Shown piece after piece: positions 38,741-53,889 of a stretch of 64,000 bases of DNA. The position numbers were made by a program, and so were the translations under genes. Source of the stretch: Mytilus californianus. Lineage: Eukaryota. The stretch spans positions 558,001 to 622,000 of the forward strand of contig NW_026262730.1 of the NCBI RefSeq assembly GCF_021869535.1, written 5' to 3'. Position 1 is the stretch's first letter. Each line of letters opens with the position of its first letter. A model generated the notes under the pieces. The model worked only from the letters and a program-made list of their open reading frames with translations. It was not told the origin of the DNA and did no database searches.

Positions 38741-40947
38741 GATTGTCCTTCAAATAAAGAACTTCAACTATATTTTTGGAGAATCTGTGCAAGATAAGTT
38801 TTCTTCTGACACAGATTTTTAAACAAAGGCTACTTTTTTGTAATTATAATACGTTTTTGTATATCTGTATAAAAGTTCATTTAGACCATAATAACCAACA
38901 TGCGCAATGGAGAGATCTTCATTTGGTCTGTGAACAATTGGTTAAAAAATACAATTTGCTTTCATTTAAACGTTTATATTTCTAAAATGATATCAGATTT
39001 TTGAGAATTCGTTGGGGAAGTTTTAAACATTACTCTTGAAACATTTTCCGTTTCCCCATGATTATGTACTGACTAGAATGATAAATCTGTCTTAAATCTG
39101 TTCGACCGTAGGTAATGAGCCAGGGAACAGCACTTGTCAGTCTATGTACTTACAAAAAGACGAATTAAAATGAAGTGCATTTTCCTGTTCCTTGTTTTAT
39201 GATACAAAATAACCTGTTGTTATAGGCCAGGTTAATTTGTAGTTTTTTTCCTATCCAACATTGCTTTTTTCAGTTGACTTATAATTTTCGATCCTTCATT
39301 TCGATCGACCTACTAATTGGATAAGTGTTACTTTGTCCTATAAGACTGTTTATGACATCTTTACACTTAATCCGTTGGATGTGAACTGATTGATACTTTA
39401 GTCTGGAAGATATGAAATATTTATTAGTTTTTATTGGCTTTGAACTAGCTGTCAGTAACTGCGAGTTCTCTTGATCTTATTTCGGTGCTTTTATTGTTGG
39501 AATGTTAGTTGTTTTTGTGCTCGTATTGATTTTTTGAGTTAAGCCTATAGCGACTGATTTTTACAGTTTTTCTTATTTTGTGATGTTACACCACTGTTCC
39601 AGGTTTGGGGAGAGTTAAACGCTCACAATCATTGTTAACCCCGCCATATTCTGTATATGCCTGTCCAAAGTCAGGAGCCAGTAGTACAGTTGTTGTCAAT
39701 GTTTCATGTCTGTCATATTTGTTTTTTCTTAAATTAAGCATAGTTCAGGTAGGTTGTTTTCCCGTAGTCATTTATTCACATGTTTTCATGCTTTGGCCTG
39801 GGGTTATTTCCTCATTGTTGATAGCCTTACGAATTGATTTGCCATTGTTTGTAGGAAGGTCTTAAGACGGTACGAATTGTTTCCAGACACGGTCCAGTTG
39901 TCTTTTTTATTAACAGTCCGATTTGTAATGGGACTTAAATGTCTTCTTCTCGGGCAAAGTTGCGTAGCTTAAATTGAGGCAATGGGGCAAGTGCTTCACC
40001 AATTTTTTTACCAAAAAATATAATATAAAAGCATATAAACAAAGATAAAATTTACGGCGCGTAATCCATAGTAAATAGTGAAGATTGCTCCAAACTTTTT
40101 GATTCCCCACTTCTTTACACGCGCTTCCTCATTATTAACTTTAAAGACTAATTAGTCCAATTTGGTATCATAAAAAATTATCCAGATAGGTACAAATATC
40201 TTGTTTTAGAAACAGGCAAATGCAATTGTGTAAAAAACACTCTGATTTAGACGAGAGGTCAAAACTGTAGGTGAAACTGGCATGCTGCTTGATTTTGTTT
40301 TATGAACAACATATTTGTTAAGGGTAATAATTTTATGAAATATGACGATATTTTCGTTATTTCATGCACATGCACAAATATTCCAGCGAATTGAGGTTAA
40401 ACTAAATGTTTTTTGTGATAACTGTGGAAAGATTAGAAGATCTTATCGCAATTTTCAAGACATTTACTGACTTAACAATCAACGAAACTAGCATCGTGAC
40501 AAATAACCCAACCGGAGGTAGGCCTAATTGTTGGCTAGGTTTTTTCTTTTGTCGATTCTTGTTTACTGTTTCCACTTAATCTTTTTAAACATTATTTTCA
40601 ATGCATGTACAAGGAAGCCATACACATGGGGACAACAAAGGATAAACTCTCATTTGTTTATATGTAAATCAAATGAAAAAAAGGGGGTTTGATTGCTTGT
40701 CATTTGCTTAATATCCAGTGGCAAATATTTCATGCACAATCAGGAAGACCAAGTTTTTCATTAGGACACTTTGGGTTAATCTTGTTACACATTGTCTTTT
40801 TGAATTGCATATCTGATGAAATAATCCAGTTTTTACTAAACAATTTTGTAAGAAAAAAAGAAGGCGAGAACTTATTTATTTTTGGCATCCTTATTTCAAT
40901 ATGAATAAAAGGATATGATAGGTATACTTTTCAAAAAAGATACCCCC

Positions 40948-40950
<3 letters not shown>

Positions 40951-40980
<30 letters not shown>
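40951..40980. repeat. (AC)15 microsatellite
   Basis: Direct reading. Confidence 0.98.
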
Positions 40981-40984
<4 letters not shown>

Positions 40985-41689
40985 CAAAGATAAACTGCCA
41001 AATTCTTGATATGTTCAGCGTTAGAAATGATTTTTATTTCATTCATGGTAAAGTTGCTGTAATGATACTTTTGCTAATTCTACCTTCTGAAAATGTTGCA
41101 TCTCTATAAGTTTGACAAAAAAGAAACCTGTTTTGTACTTAGGCCTTCAATAAAAACGGACATCTGGTAATAAAAGCTTATACATTTTTCCAATACGTAA
41201 ACGGTCAAAACCGATGTTATGAAAGCTAGGTATGTTTGAAATATGTTGGAACTATTTTCTATGAAAGGATTGAGTGTACTGCCCATCGTCTTAAATTTTC
41301 AGTTAGTATATATCAATTGTTTTTCCTATTAAAAAAAACGTGGAAGGCTTTACCTTGTAAGTATGAGATACCTTAAGGGCGTTAGCCCGAATTAGTTTAT
41401 CTAATCTACAACAAGATATTATTGTTAATGCAGAATAATAGTTTTCAATAATTTAGGAGGGGGTCTTTCAGCGATTTGACTTTATGTTATGGAAAAGCAT
41501 GATAAATGCATAGTCTCCAATTTCATTTAACAACATCTTGGTGTAAGTAGATTCAAAACGACACTAGAGTATCATAAAAAAAACGTAGTTATGGATAGTT
41601 ATTTAAATCAGAATAATATTTTGCTTTACACATTGTATAAGTTTGTAATTACCTGTGCGCTATAAATGATTTAACTTGTATCATTGTTT

Positions 41690-44086
41690 GTAGAGACAAC
41701 TATCTTAAATTTTATTGTTTATCTTTAAATAGATCTATACGGGCCTGGTTGGTGTTGGTCCTAAATTTCTAAAAATAAGTGCTCCAATAATTGATGAATC
41801 TGTTGCGCATATTTTTAATTTAAGGCCTTTGCACAGGCACATTTCCATCGACCTTTAAATGTGCAAGAGTATCACCAATCCATAATAGTGGCGACGTAGA
41901 AGATATGAACAACTATAGACCAACATCTGTACTTCCAATTTTATCAAAGATTTTTGAAAAGATTATTTATTCCCAAATTTACAAATACTTGATAAAAAAT
42001 TTTTTGATTTATAAGTACCAGTCTGGGTTTAGACACGGCCATTCCTGTCACTCAGCTCTAACAAAAATTGTTGAAGAACCGTAACAGTTAATGACATTAC
42101 ACGGAAATTGTATTCTTAGATTTTAAAAAAAGCTTTTGATATTGTAAATCGCTCAATTTTATGATCAAAATAAAAAATGTATAAGTTTGATGCTCTTTTT
42201 TGTAAATGGTTCAGATCATACTTATCAATCAGGCCTCAAAAAGTAAAAATATACAAAAACATATCTTCAGGTAAAGAAGTAAAATTTGGTGCACCGCAGG
42301 GCACTATTCTAGGCCCTTTATTATTTCTTTTATAAAGTAATGATCTCTCATTTCAACTAAATCATACAAAGCCTATTTTTTAAGCGGATTACACAGAACT
42401 TAAATACTCCTCAAATTCCGTTTATGATATATGTGATAAAGACGAGAAAGCAACTTTTAAAATATGGTGTGAAAATAATGATATGATTTTAAATATCAAA
42501 AATCCAAATCTATATTAGTTGGATCACATGGGAATCTACAAAGCATTCAAGAAACATTAAAGATAGAATACAGTGGAATTCTTTTACAAAATATAAACAA
42601 TGAAAAATTAGTTGGCATTTTAATCAATGATTGTCTTTCATGGAATCAACAAATAAACAAAGTATGTACTGTAATTTCAACTAGACTAGGTTTACTAAAT
42701 CGATTGAAGCATTATATTCCACAAAAAGGTTAATTCTTATTTTATAATGGATATGTACTTCCTCTCTTTGATTATTACTGTACAATATGGACAGAAATAA
42801 GTAATTCAAATATGGAAAAAATGCTAAAATTATAAAAAAGGGCAACAAGGATCGTTCTTAAGGTATAGAACCACTAATACGGGCCGGTCAGAAAAAAACA
42901 TACAAGAAAGTAGTACATATTTGCAGTTGTTATCAAATAGTTCGTTTCTATGTGTGTTGGCGTTTGTTTTTGTTGCAGTTCGGTGTTCCTGTTGTTCCTT
43001 TGTTTTCCTCTTATAGTTGATGTGTTTCCTTGATTTTAGTTTGTAACCCGGATTTGTTTTCTCTAAATCGATTTATGACTTTTGAACACCGGTATACTAC
43101 TGTTGCCTTTATTAAACAAAAAAGATCTACGCTTAGCTGTAACTTTGTTCATAAGTAAAATGTTGGGTAAATTTGGTATCAAATGAAAGATTAAGGACTT
43201 GGAATCATTGTAGAACCTTGCTGAAAGTTTATTTTGAATAATAAAAAAAACTGTATAGTTCTAATAGGAGGGCACATTTGCCCTGTTGTTCAGATCGGAA
43301 TATGCAATTAAAAGTATGTTGAATTTTTCAGCACAAGTCAAGATAAGGTATAGTATTGATATGAAATGACTATCACTTTATTTAAACCTAAGACAAAGTA
43401 ACCATTTATGCTTAAAATCGCAGAATTTAACAGAAAGCAATTGGGTTATGAATTAGTGCTTTTATTCCTATTAACAAAGCATATGATACACCGTCAAAAA
43501 CATTATTCAAACAATTAGGATGGTTAACTTTTCAAAAGAGAATTATATATAACAAAGGAGTATTAATGTATAAGTGTGTAAATAGTATTGCACCAGATTA
43601 TATGTGTCAATTATTTAACAATAACAAAAATGTCAATGCAAGATATTCTTTGCGTTCATCAGACAATAATTGTCTTTTCAAACCACGTCCGCGAACAATT
43701 TTTAGTAAAAAGACATTTCAATATTCCGGTACTGTTCTTTGGAACAGTATTTCTATAGAAATAAGAAAGATAGAAAAGATAGACTATTCAAACATAGGTA
43801 TCATAAGTTCTTGTTTTAGAACCAAAAAACTAAATATCTGATTCATATACATGTACAACATGTAAAAACAATGAAATAGTGAGTATCACAGAAATTTACC
43901 TATAGTCTAAAAATGCATATATTTGTCTTGTACATCATTAAGGAAATAGGTTATATGTATATGTATATGTATATATTATATTATTATATTTTGAGTTATT
44001 CAGAGGGCCTGAAGGGAGAGTAGTACTGTACTACCTGATTTTACTGTCTTTAAATAAAGTATTTATTATTATTATATTATTATTAT
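41690..44086 (+). mobile_element. 5'-truncated, degenerate CR1/L2-group LINE (ORF2 RT and C-terminus), interrupted by a ~610-bp insert at ~42867-43478
   Basis: Translates, with frameshifts and stops, to FKCARVSPIH..NNYRPTSVLPILSKIFEK..QSGFR..FLDFKKAFD..GAPQGTILGPLLF..KRATRIVL|YDTPSKTLFKQLGWL..YSLRS..KTFQYSGTVLWN. Ends in AATAAA plus an (ATT)n tail. Confidence 0.92.
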
Positions 44087-45309
44087 AGACTAGTAACTTA
44101 ACATTTATTTAGCATATGACTGCATATGATATTGACCGTGAAAAAATGTTTTATTCAGCTGAGAATCTAGTGAATAATATAATGCGATGTATGTTAGCTT
44201 CACCAATATACATGTAAAGTAAGAAGAGACGAAATGGGGTCTATATTTATCTTTTATCATAGCACCTCCTCAATAAAGAAAGTCATCAGGGTATTATGAT
44301 TCAGAAAGAAAGAAATGAGATTGAACAATTTTAGCTTATCTTCATTCTGGCATTCTAGGTAGAGTAAACGTGAATCGTTTTAGTTTAATATCCTCAACCT
44401 CCTGTCTCTCGATAACCCTTTGTAGAGAGAATATATAGCTATTAGTAAATTATGTTTTTCCAATTTGGTATGAACACACAAATGTGCTACAATTAAGTGC
44501 TGAACTCAAAACTGGTCATTGCTACCCTGTGTACTTCCTTCTTTGTTATTTTAATTGGGATCACTCGGGAATTCCTATGTGTGGGCATGTAGGTCATTTC
44601 CTTTTCTTAATTTGAATTAAATTTAATTTCCGCAATATAAATCAGTTTATCGGTTAATCAGCAGGAAACGAATGTCATTCTAAAATTAAGTATTAGATCA
44701 CTCCTACATTGTGTTTAATTCCTAGTATGTTATGATGTTACACCAGTGTCTAAGGTTAGAGGCTATGGAGTGCTCGCAAGCATGCTTAACCTCACTACAT
44801 TTTATATGCTCCTTTCTGCAGTCACGTGTCTGTAAGTCAGTGGTTGTCGTTATTTGCTGTTTGTCATATAAGTTTTTCATTCATTGTTTTATCATAAATC
44901 AGGCCGCTTGTTTTTCGTTTGAATTGTTTTACATTTTATCAAAATAGAGCTTTTAAATACATACTGTACGCTTTTTGCTAATTTTTAAAGCCTTACGAAG
45001 ACATAATAAACATGTTTAACTCCACCGCTTTTTTGCGCCTGTCCCAAGTCAGGAGCCTCTGGCCTTTGTTAGTCTTAATTTTAGTTCATTTATATGTTTC
45101 AAAGTTTATTGTGACGTCCATTTTCATTGAACTAGTACCCATTTTTGTTTAGGGGCCAGCTGAAGCCCGCCTCAGTGTGCGGGATTTTCTCGCTGTGTTG
45201 AAGACCCATTGGTGGCCTTGGCGTGTTTTCTGTTGTTTGGTCTGGTCGTTGTCTCTGTGACACATTCCCAATTTCCATTCTCAATTTTATATCGTTGCTT
45301 ACCTCCACT

Positions 45310-46620
45310 TCATTTAATTTAAGAAAAAAGTAAAATTACAAAAATACCGAACTCCAAGGAAAATTCAAAACGGAAAGTCTTTTAGCAATTGACAAAATCA
45401 AAAGCTCGAGCACATCAAACGAATGGAAAACAACGGTCATATTCCTGGTACAGGCATTTCCTTATGTAGAAAATGGTAGATTAAACCTGGTTTTATAGCT
45501 TACTAAACCTCACTTGTATGACAGTCGCATAGAATTCCATTATATTGAAAACAATGTGTGAGCAAAACAAAACGACATTATAGGTACAAATGTCAAAAAT
45601 TGGGGTAAAGCAGTCAATATTGTCTTAAAACATAACTGTTTCAATAAAGAAAAACTAAATGGCATATAAACACTCTATTGACAAAGTACATGAGAAAAAT
45701 TGCAAGACCAGAATATAAAAAATTACCATAGCACAATAACACAATGGCGGGATGTATAAATACCGAGCCATACGAAAGGTATATTACCAAAAATAGACTT
45801 AACAGTAAAGGTTAAATGTATACAAAGACAAATAAAAAGAACACTATATAATACGTAATTAACATTATAAATAACATCAGTACCTAGATATTTCAAGACG
45901 ATCATGTATTATTTGTGAAGTTGATACGGAATATTTATTAAGAAGGTCTTGATATCTTTCGATGAATTTTAAAAAAAAGGACGATACTTTCTTTGACATA
46001 ACCCTGGTTCATCAACATTCTGCTCAGACTCTGGTGACGTTTAACAAACTCTGAGTAGCAGCTGCAAGCACTTGAATACCAAATGAGTTGGGAAATGTAT
46101 ATCCCATATGCAGGTCAAGTTGGTATATTGCTTGGTATAAGGTGGGGGGAATGTATAATTTTAAAATTAAAATCGTCTCGTTTGTCATAGATTCTGGTAC
46201 TGAGATGACCGCTTATGTCAAATTCGAGGTATAAGTCTAAAATGAGGCGGAGGAAGTCATGTCTATTGTTTCTTTAATTTCTAGTTCTGGAGGATATGTT
46301 ATTGGAACCCAATCCGAAAAGTTTAGATTGTTAATGGAAAGAACATCATCAATACATCTGACTGAATGTCAAATCGAATAATCTGGCTTCTTTGATCTTC
46401 TTGTTTTTGACTATTGTCTGAAGAACTCCAACTCATATGAAAATAAAAAGAGGTCGACAAGGAAAGGCGCATAGTTCGTTCTCATAGGAATCCCGACAAT
46501 TTGCTGAAAATAAAAAGTCTACCTCCAGAGGACAGTTGTCTTATAACCTATCATGCCAGATTTCCCTATTTTTGTATTAATAGTATCTCTGTAATTTCTC
46601 AAAAATAAACAAAAAAGTCA
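45310..46620 (-). mobile_element. Degenerate Penelope-like element, RT C-terminal half plus 3' region
   Basis: Minus strand QIVGIPMRTNYAPFLVDLFLFSYE..CIDDVLSINN..YPPELEIKET..STRIYDKRDDFNF..PAYGIYISQL, matching PLE RT motifs, with stops. Confidence 0.85.
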
Positions 46621-46811
46621 CCTTTTGTGCATCAAAATCTTCTTTTTGACAATATTTAAACCACTCAGAAGCGTACGAAAAGTATAAATACATCTGGCGT
46701 ATACCAATGACGTCACATTGTTTAGATGTCAAAGACGATCTAACAGTTTCACGGACTTTTTATTTATGACATTTTTAAGCCAATATATCACTAAAATGGA
46801 AGTTATTTTAA

Positions 46812-47001
46812 TATATGGCATTAGAATGGAGATAATGGTATAGTATTTTAAGCTTGGCCTTCGTCAACCTTGATTTTACTGTCGCAAATATCCGTAGATT
46901 TAGCTCCGCTACGCGTCGCTACGTAAACTCTATTTGCGACAGTACAATCTACGTTTCACGAAGGCCAAGCTAAAAAACAATACAATTATCTCCCTAACAT
47001 A
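46812..47001. mobile_element. Palindromic ~180-bp non-autonomous element
   Basis: Arms ggagataat..agcttggccttcgt..tactgtcgcaaata and tatttgcgacagta..acgaaggccaagct..attatctcc, around a ~40-nt spacer. Confidence 0.75.
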
Positions 47002-48874
47002 ATTTTAATTCCAAAAATATATATCTTAACTAAAATAATCACAGGGACATACACAATGACAGGGAGAAATGTTCAAAATATTGTATACATACTCAGTGAC
47101 ATGAGAGAACGAATAAAGAGCTAGTTGGCTAGATTGGAAAAAATTGTCAAATTGGGGAAGAGAGAAGCCTATCAGATATTGGATTATTATAGCTTTTGAC
47201 CACCTTACAACATTAGGAAATGAGAGATAGACATAACTAAGGACTGGGACAGATCATGATATTAATTTGGGAAGTTAAAACAATAAGAAGATTTGATAAA
47301 ATATATAAATCAAACGCATAAGGTTATATGTGCATAATCAACATCTAAAAGTTGGAATAACTTGGTAGACCAACTTAAACATAAAAGGGTGCTTTTATAG
47401 AGAATAGAGAAGAACAATACTTTAATATTAAGTGGCACTGACTAGAATATATTAGAGCATTGTGTTACGTTATATGTTTATTGTATTTTCTCTTTTCAAT
47501 CTGAGTTACCTTTCTTTAAATACTTTCTGGTTTTATTATACTGATATTATTCTACAAAGGGGAATTATACACTAATGTGACTCTGATTTTATGATATTAA
47601 TTTGCAAATACAAACTGATATTTTTAGAACAATGGTTAAATGGCATTGAGTCTTCTATTTTCTTGTTAAATCAGAGTTATCGTTCATTATTTACTAATTG
47701 GTGTAATAACTCTGATCTTATTTTAAAATGTGTTTTGTAAATATGAACATGAACCTTATTATTAGCAAACCATTAATTTTCCACCAAAAAAAATAAACAT
47801 AGGAACAAATACAAACAAACAATATTTGATCATTTCTGACTTGAATGTGCTTTGTTTTGGTGGAAAATTTAAGATAAATTATTTTCCTTAAAATTCAAAG
47901 TGACATAAATATCTTGAAAAAGAGTAGTGTACAAATGATAAAATATTGGTTATAAACAAATTCTAAATATTTACAAATGCACGTAGACATAGCAGACGAA
48001 TCATTATATGCTATACACAATAGCAATAGTAAAGAGCATACCTAATACAAATGGTACGAAAATCACAAAAAAAGTTGTGTTTAAAACTTGAAAAACAATT
48101 ATTTGGTTGCAAGGAAGATTTGAATGTGGGTGCAAAATATGTCAAATTCAAACTACTTTGAAATATGTATTACTTGTTAGACGATCAGATCAGTAACTTT
48201 GCAGTACAAGAGAAAATATAATCTTGTGTGAGACATGAATGCAAGGACTAGTCAATGTTATTACTTTATCAAAACATTATACCTAACAAATAATAATGCT
48301 GAAAATAATACTAGATTTTTATGAAGTGGACACTTGAATTATTAGAAACAATCAAAATTGTATTGTAAATGTACCAGGTAATTCTTTTTATTAGAGTTGT
48401 GTGTTTCCTCAAGGTGGTAGATTTATATATAGTGACATCATTGGTTACTATACTCGCATGTCAATAAATGGACGTAGTTTGGTGGATTATGCAGTAATAA
48501 GCGAAAGTCTGGAGACTTCAGTTACAAATTTGAAATTGATGACTTAACTAACTTGTCAGATCATGTACAAATGCAGTTTACTTTATTGTGTTATCATAAA
48601 ATATATTGGACCAGTACAGTAAAAAAAAAAAAACACCAAACGAAAGATTTGAGGTGATATAGGTGAACAAGTAGAAAACAGTTGGCTGATATTGAATTGC
48701 ATATTTTATTGAATATAAAAACAGATGCGCCCATAACATACTCTGGAATAGACAACAATACCAGGACCAGATAAAATTATTACTGAAATTATTAAATTGT
48801 AGAAAAAGTCTCTGTCAAAAGCATTGTAAAACTGTTTAGTATAATTTTAAATGTAGGTATTCATACATCAATAT

Positions 48875-49410
48875 ATGTTTTAGCAACATTCCAGCAGCGC
48901 CTGCATACGGAATATATATCTCCCAGTTTATACGATATTCCAGGGCTTGTATTTCCTATTATGATTTCCATGATAGAGGGTTGCTGCACACAAGGAAGCT
49001 ATGAAATCAAGAGTTCCAAGTGGTGAAGTTGAAATCATCCCTTCGTAAATGTTACGGACGCCATCACGAGTTGGTTGACCGTTATGGAATATCCATTTAA
49101 CAGAGGACAACAGATATGTTACAATTGTCGTAACTATAATCCCGTCCACTTTCCCCGAATGTGACTTACCGAACTATACTTATCATCGGGTTTGTGCTAA
49201 AATGAGCAACACGACGCTTGCCACATGTGGAGCAGTATATGCTTACCCTCCAAGAACACCTGAGATCGCCCCTAAGTTTTTTGTTGGGTTCGTGTTGTAT
49301 TTTGTTACTGTTGTTTGTCTGTCTGTCATTTTCTTTTTCAGCCATGGCGTTGTCATTTTAATTTCGACTTATGAATTTGAATGTCCCTTTGGTATCTTTC
49401 GCCTCTCTCA
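48875..49410 (+). mobile_element. 3' fragment of a Penelope-like element
   Basis: SNIPAAPAYGIYISQFIRYSRAC..DRGLLHTRKL*NQEF..KSSLRKCYGRHHELVDRY. A shorter relic (YGVYISSLVRY) lies at ~11552 and ~17428. Confidence 0.85.
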
Positions 49411-50191
49411 TATACAGAACAAAGGTAATAAAAAACTGGCCGGTAACAACCGTTGCCGTGTGTTTTTTTCTGCACGAGTAGTATGGGTCCCACTTGTATG
49501 ACTGTTGTTCATAGTTCCGTTATTATGACAACATTGGGTGTCAACCCAAATAGACATTAGGCACTTGTCAACTTAGTCATAGTTCTGAATAACTTGTATT
49601 TGATGCTAGGAAAGTGGTGTTTGCTATTAAAACATATAGATTATTACTTGAAATAATTTACCAGTTAAAGTAGCGTGTAGCTATATAATAAGACAAATAG
49701 CCACTTAAATATATAGAAAACATGTATTGTATGCTAAAATATAGAACAGAACACCTTTTAATGAGGGCTAAAATGATACGATTAAAACAAATCGATAAAA
49801 AACACTGAAAATAACATTTTTCAAATTTCTGAAAAAATATATATGACAATCAAAGTGAGAAAACAAATTGAAAATAATAGTACAGTGTATGTTTAAAAAA
49901 AGTTAGAATAAAGATATAGAAATGGAAACTTACTCAAATTCTAACTCTATTAAAAAAAAAAGATAAATTGAAAAAATGAAAGAAATTGATAAAAAAAAAA
50001 GGACGGAATTAACAAAAAGCACAGCGAAAACTATTATGTTCATCCGGTGGAGATTGAAACTTAATTCATTTTATATCTTTAACCAAATTAAAAATTAAGG
50101 CACAATTGTTCGGAATTTTTGGTTTTTAATCTTCAATTCGTGTTTGATTTGGCCTTCCAACTACTTCTGAATCGAGTATTTCTAAATCGAG

Positions 50192-50233
50192 CACCACTGG
50201 TGAATCTTATGTAAACGAAACACGCGTTCCGTT
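50192..50233 (+). ncRNA. Degenerate hammerhead motif (same family as 24515 and 24831)
   Basis: CTGGTGA-ATCTTATGTAAAC-GAAACACGCGTT. Core and stems are mutated. Confidence 0.45.
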
Positions 50234-52048
50234 CCTGGGGGTATCACCAGCCAAGTAGACACGATATATCATTGATATTGTAAGCCACCCGAGAGTATCC
50301 TGTCCTATACTGGACAGTTTACTAACTAACACTCATGAAATGCAGTATCTGCTTCCCGGAGCACCTCTATATGTGTATATAACTTCGTCAGCTATGGTGT
50401 TTAATATGGTTTCTCTGATTGGTTAATATATGTGTACTAAAAGGCTTCCTTTGCATTTGTTTGTTACAGTGCTATTTGTGTTACTAACGGCTTTCCATAG
50501 TTTTTAATTTGAACGTGCGTCCTCCAGCTGCAAGTTAGTTTTACCAGTGTAAATGCATATTCCTTTTTATATGTATCCGAGATTGGTAAAAATAGAGTAA
50601 CATTTCAATGTTGACAGTTTTATTTGTTGAACTGTTTAAATATAACATAAAATATTAAAACTAAGCAATAGAGCTCATAATATCAATAAAATAACGTGAA
50701 ATACGCAATCGGACACCACTGCGTTTGCATTGATTTAGCAGACGATATACGCAAGTACATAAAACATAGTTCATCACCTCAATCTAAATATTAACAATAT
50801 ATTTGTGTCCGTCAGGCTATAACCGTAAAATATAAATTCTGTGATATTAAAAATACAATAATAGATCATTGTCAAGATGACGAATTGGTATTAAGATAGA
50901 AATCGACGTTTCATTCCCCACAAAATGGCAGACGGCAAAATCGCCGGTCAGTGAAGAGATGTATTTATATGTTTACCCGTTGTTTATAAAGCACTAAAGT
51001 TATGAAAAGTAGATATTTGGTTACAAGAAATAGTTCTCAATACGAGAATTAGTTGTTAATTTATACAGAAAAGGTAAACTATGAGAAATTACACACATTC
51101 CTTGCCGTGACACATGTACAACAAATGTAAACAAATGAAAAACTCATTTCACTTCCAGTGTTTTACACATTAAACATTTGATTTACTGGATAACTATCAT
51201 CATCATTTCATACCTATGTACAAACATGATCTAGAAATTTATGTATTAGCTGATGAAATGCCTACCCCCTTATATTTGGTAAAAATTTGAATCTTGACTG
51301 GTGATAGTTAAAAAAATAGTGGATTACTGTCAAAAATGTAAAAATCAGTATAAAATATTTATCAAGCTTGCTACGAATAGAGTATATACTTATTTAAAAA
51401 TACCAGACACAATTTAATTCTTACTTGTTTCTATATAACATTCCCCAGTACCTTACAATATTGTTTTTGTACATTAACTGTAAGTCAATGGTTAAAATAT
51501 TTGAACCACTAAGGTTTTTTCTACCACCAGATACGGATTGCCTTTGTCGTTTATTGCCTTTGTCGTTTTTGGCCTTTGTCGTTTTTGGCCTTACATTTCG
51601 GAATTTACGGTTTTTAATGGTCTTCCCCTTTGTGTTTGATTTTGGCCTTTCATCTGTTTTATATCGAGCTTCACTCTTGTTTCTTATGTAGACGATTGTC
51701 TGAACGATACTTTGTATGCTCAGAGTTAGATTTCAGGTCTGCGTGTTTGAATTTGAAGAAATTTAAACATAATAATATTTAAAAAGCCTAATTGGACCGA
51801 AAGATAAAATGGCATTTTGATGGAAGAATATGAAAAGAGGCGACAAATTTTAAAGGTCAAATTCTCATTTAGTTTGAATCCTGGGGAAAAGACAAGAGTC
51901 TGGAAAGGAAATATCAAACGCAATGAATACAGGAAATGTCATAAGGAGAATGGCAAAGGACATACAAAAAATGGGACATCATTTGTGCTACGATACCAAG
52001 TAAAAAGTATATGCATATATCGGATGCTCCCCTAACACGGTAGAAATT

Positions 52049-52264
52049 AATTGATTGATTTGTGTTGAACGCCACTTTCAGCACTTTTGATTTATTGGTG
52101 GAGAAGCCGGGTTGCCCGGAGAGAAATACCGATCTTCGGTAGGAAAACTGGCAATTATAGCCAGTTAAGATTGGTGTCGAGCGCACCTGTATAATAACCT
52201 CAGTTTTCAGAGAGACCAGTGATACAGTAGTTCCACTACTTTGACCACTCGGCCACTGAGGCCC
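52049..52264 (-). mobile_element. Diverged copy of the tRNA/V-type SINE, B box deleted
   Basis: Homologous to 3329-3587. TSD cggtagaaatt at 52038-52048 and 52265-52275. Confidence 0.85.
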
Positions 52265-53889
52265 CGGTAGAAATTGATATAATCTTTAACATTTCAACAA
52301 AGGTATGTGATACTCTTAGTTAGGATTTCCCTACCATTTCTGGAATAGGAAGAGTAAACATCGACAAAATAGAAAATGAACACCATAAAAGTATTGCGAA
52401 TGTTAGCTAAATACTAAGACAGTATGAATCATTGCCTAACAGTGGAGACGAGGACATTCCATCCGTTTCAAAGAGAAAAATATGTGCTTCCTTTTCTTTT
52501 TTCTTTTCTTTTTTTTTTTGGGGGGGGGGGGGGATATAAACTGAATAAAATAAGTATTAAACAACTTCACATATTTGACCTTGACACATCATAAAGATTT
52601 TCAGTCTTTATCAGTTGGTTTATGGATTGTCTGTTAGTATACCCTTTAAAATAATACCTGCGTTTCGACTAAAAGGTTGACCAAATAGGGTAGGTAGATA
52701 GACAAATAATCTTATATTTGATTTGTTTAATATAAAAAGAAGATGTGGTATGATTGCCAATGAGACAACTCTCCACAATAGACCAAATGACACAGAAATT
52801 TACAACTATAGGTCACTGTACGGCCTTCAACAATGAGCAAAGCCTTAAACCTTTAAGTGTCACATCATATGTATGCGATTGCACCTTTAAAGCGACAGAG
52901 TGTGGAAATACACTTCCTTCTCGGACTATAAAATGTTTAGTTTGAGTGAATTTTTAATATTTATAAACAAAATGATATCCATTTTCGTGATGTTGACGGG
53001 GGGAGGGTGGATTGTATTTTAACGTATAAAAACATTTTAAGACTTTCTTTATAAATTGCAACTCAGCAACAGTTTTCATGACATGAAAACCGTTTCCAGC
53101 CAATCAATTATCCACTTCTTCCAGGTCATTATACAGAGTATGATCAACTTGTTTTCATTTGACGGATTTTTGTTTGTCTTGGTTATGTTATGACTTGACA
53201 GGTTGTTGCTGGAGAAAGCTTAATTTTACTGTGCAGACAATGACAACATCTATTCTTTGTACGTTCCGTAGCAAATCTAGTCACTTCATGTGATCAAAAC
53301 GTTCATGACCAGGGCATGCAGGGGTATTGTATAGTTGCTAAGTGTTGAACTAAATCATCTGGTAACAAATTATCATGCTTCCGAATGGTGTGCCTATCAA
53401 AATAGAAATCTCTCAACTAACTCCAAATCAAGCGCATTTGTTCTACTGTTGAAGAGTTGTTCCCTTCTCATAACCATCCTTCCTGCTAACAACCGATATC
53501 AAACGATGTGAAACACATTCCATGGGTGTAAGAAATGTGAAGTCTATTTTCATTATCACATTTTTCAATAGAGTAAAACAGAATGAAACAGCGTAACATC
53601 CCTTGTAATCCACACGTTTATGGTTGATAAATATATTATTTTTATGAGATATGAAATAACAGAGATATATTGGAACTGAATTAATAATGGGTACATAAAA
53701 TAAGACCTCGCAACTTGCAAGTGAACAACCACAACAATATGGCAAAGTCTGATGTTACTTTATTAGGAAAAATGAAAGTAAACAAATACTTTTGTGATCA
53801 TTTATATGCAACAACTTCGTCCTACAAAAAGATCCAATTACCAAGTATCAAATAAAATAACTAATTATTGCAAGTATATCTGTTGAAAT

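Noticed and set aside
43566-43841. 91-aa ORF as a host gene
   Set aside because: It is the C-terminal end of the degenerate LINE ORF2.
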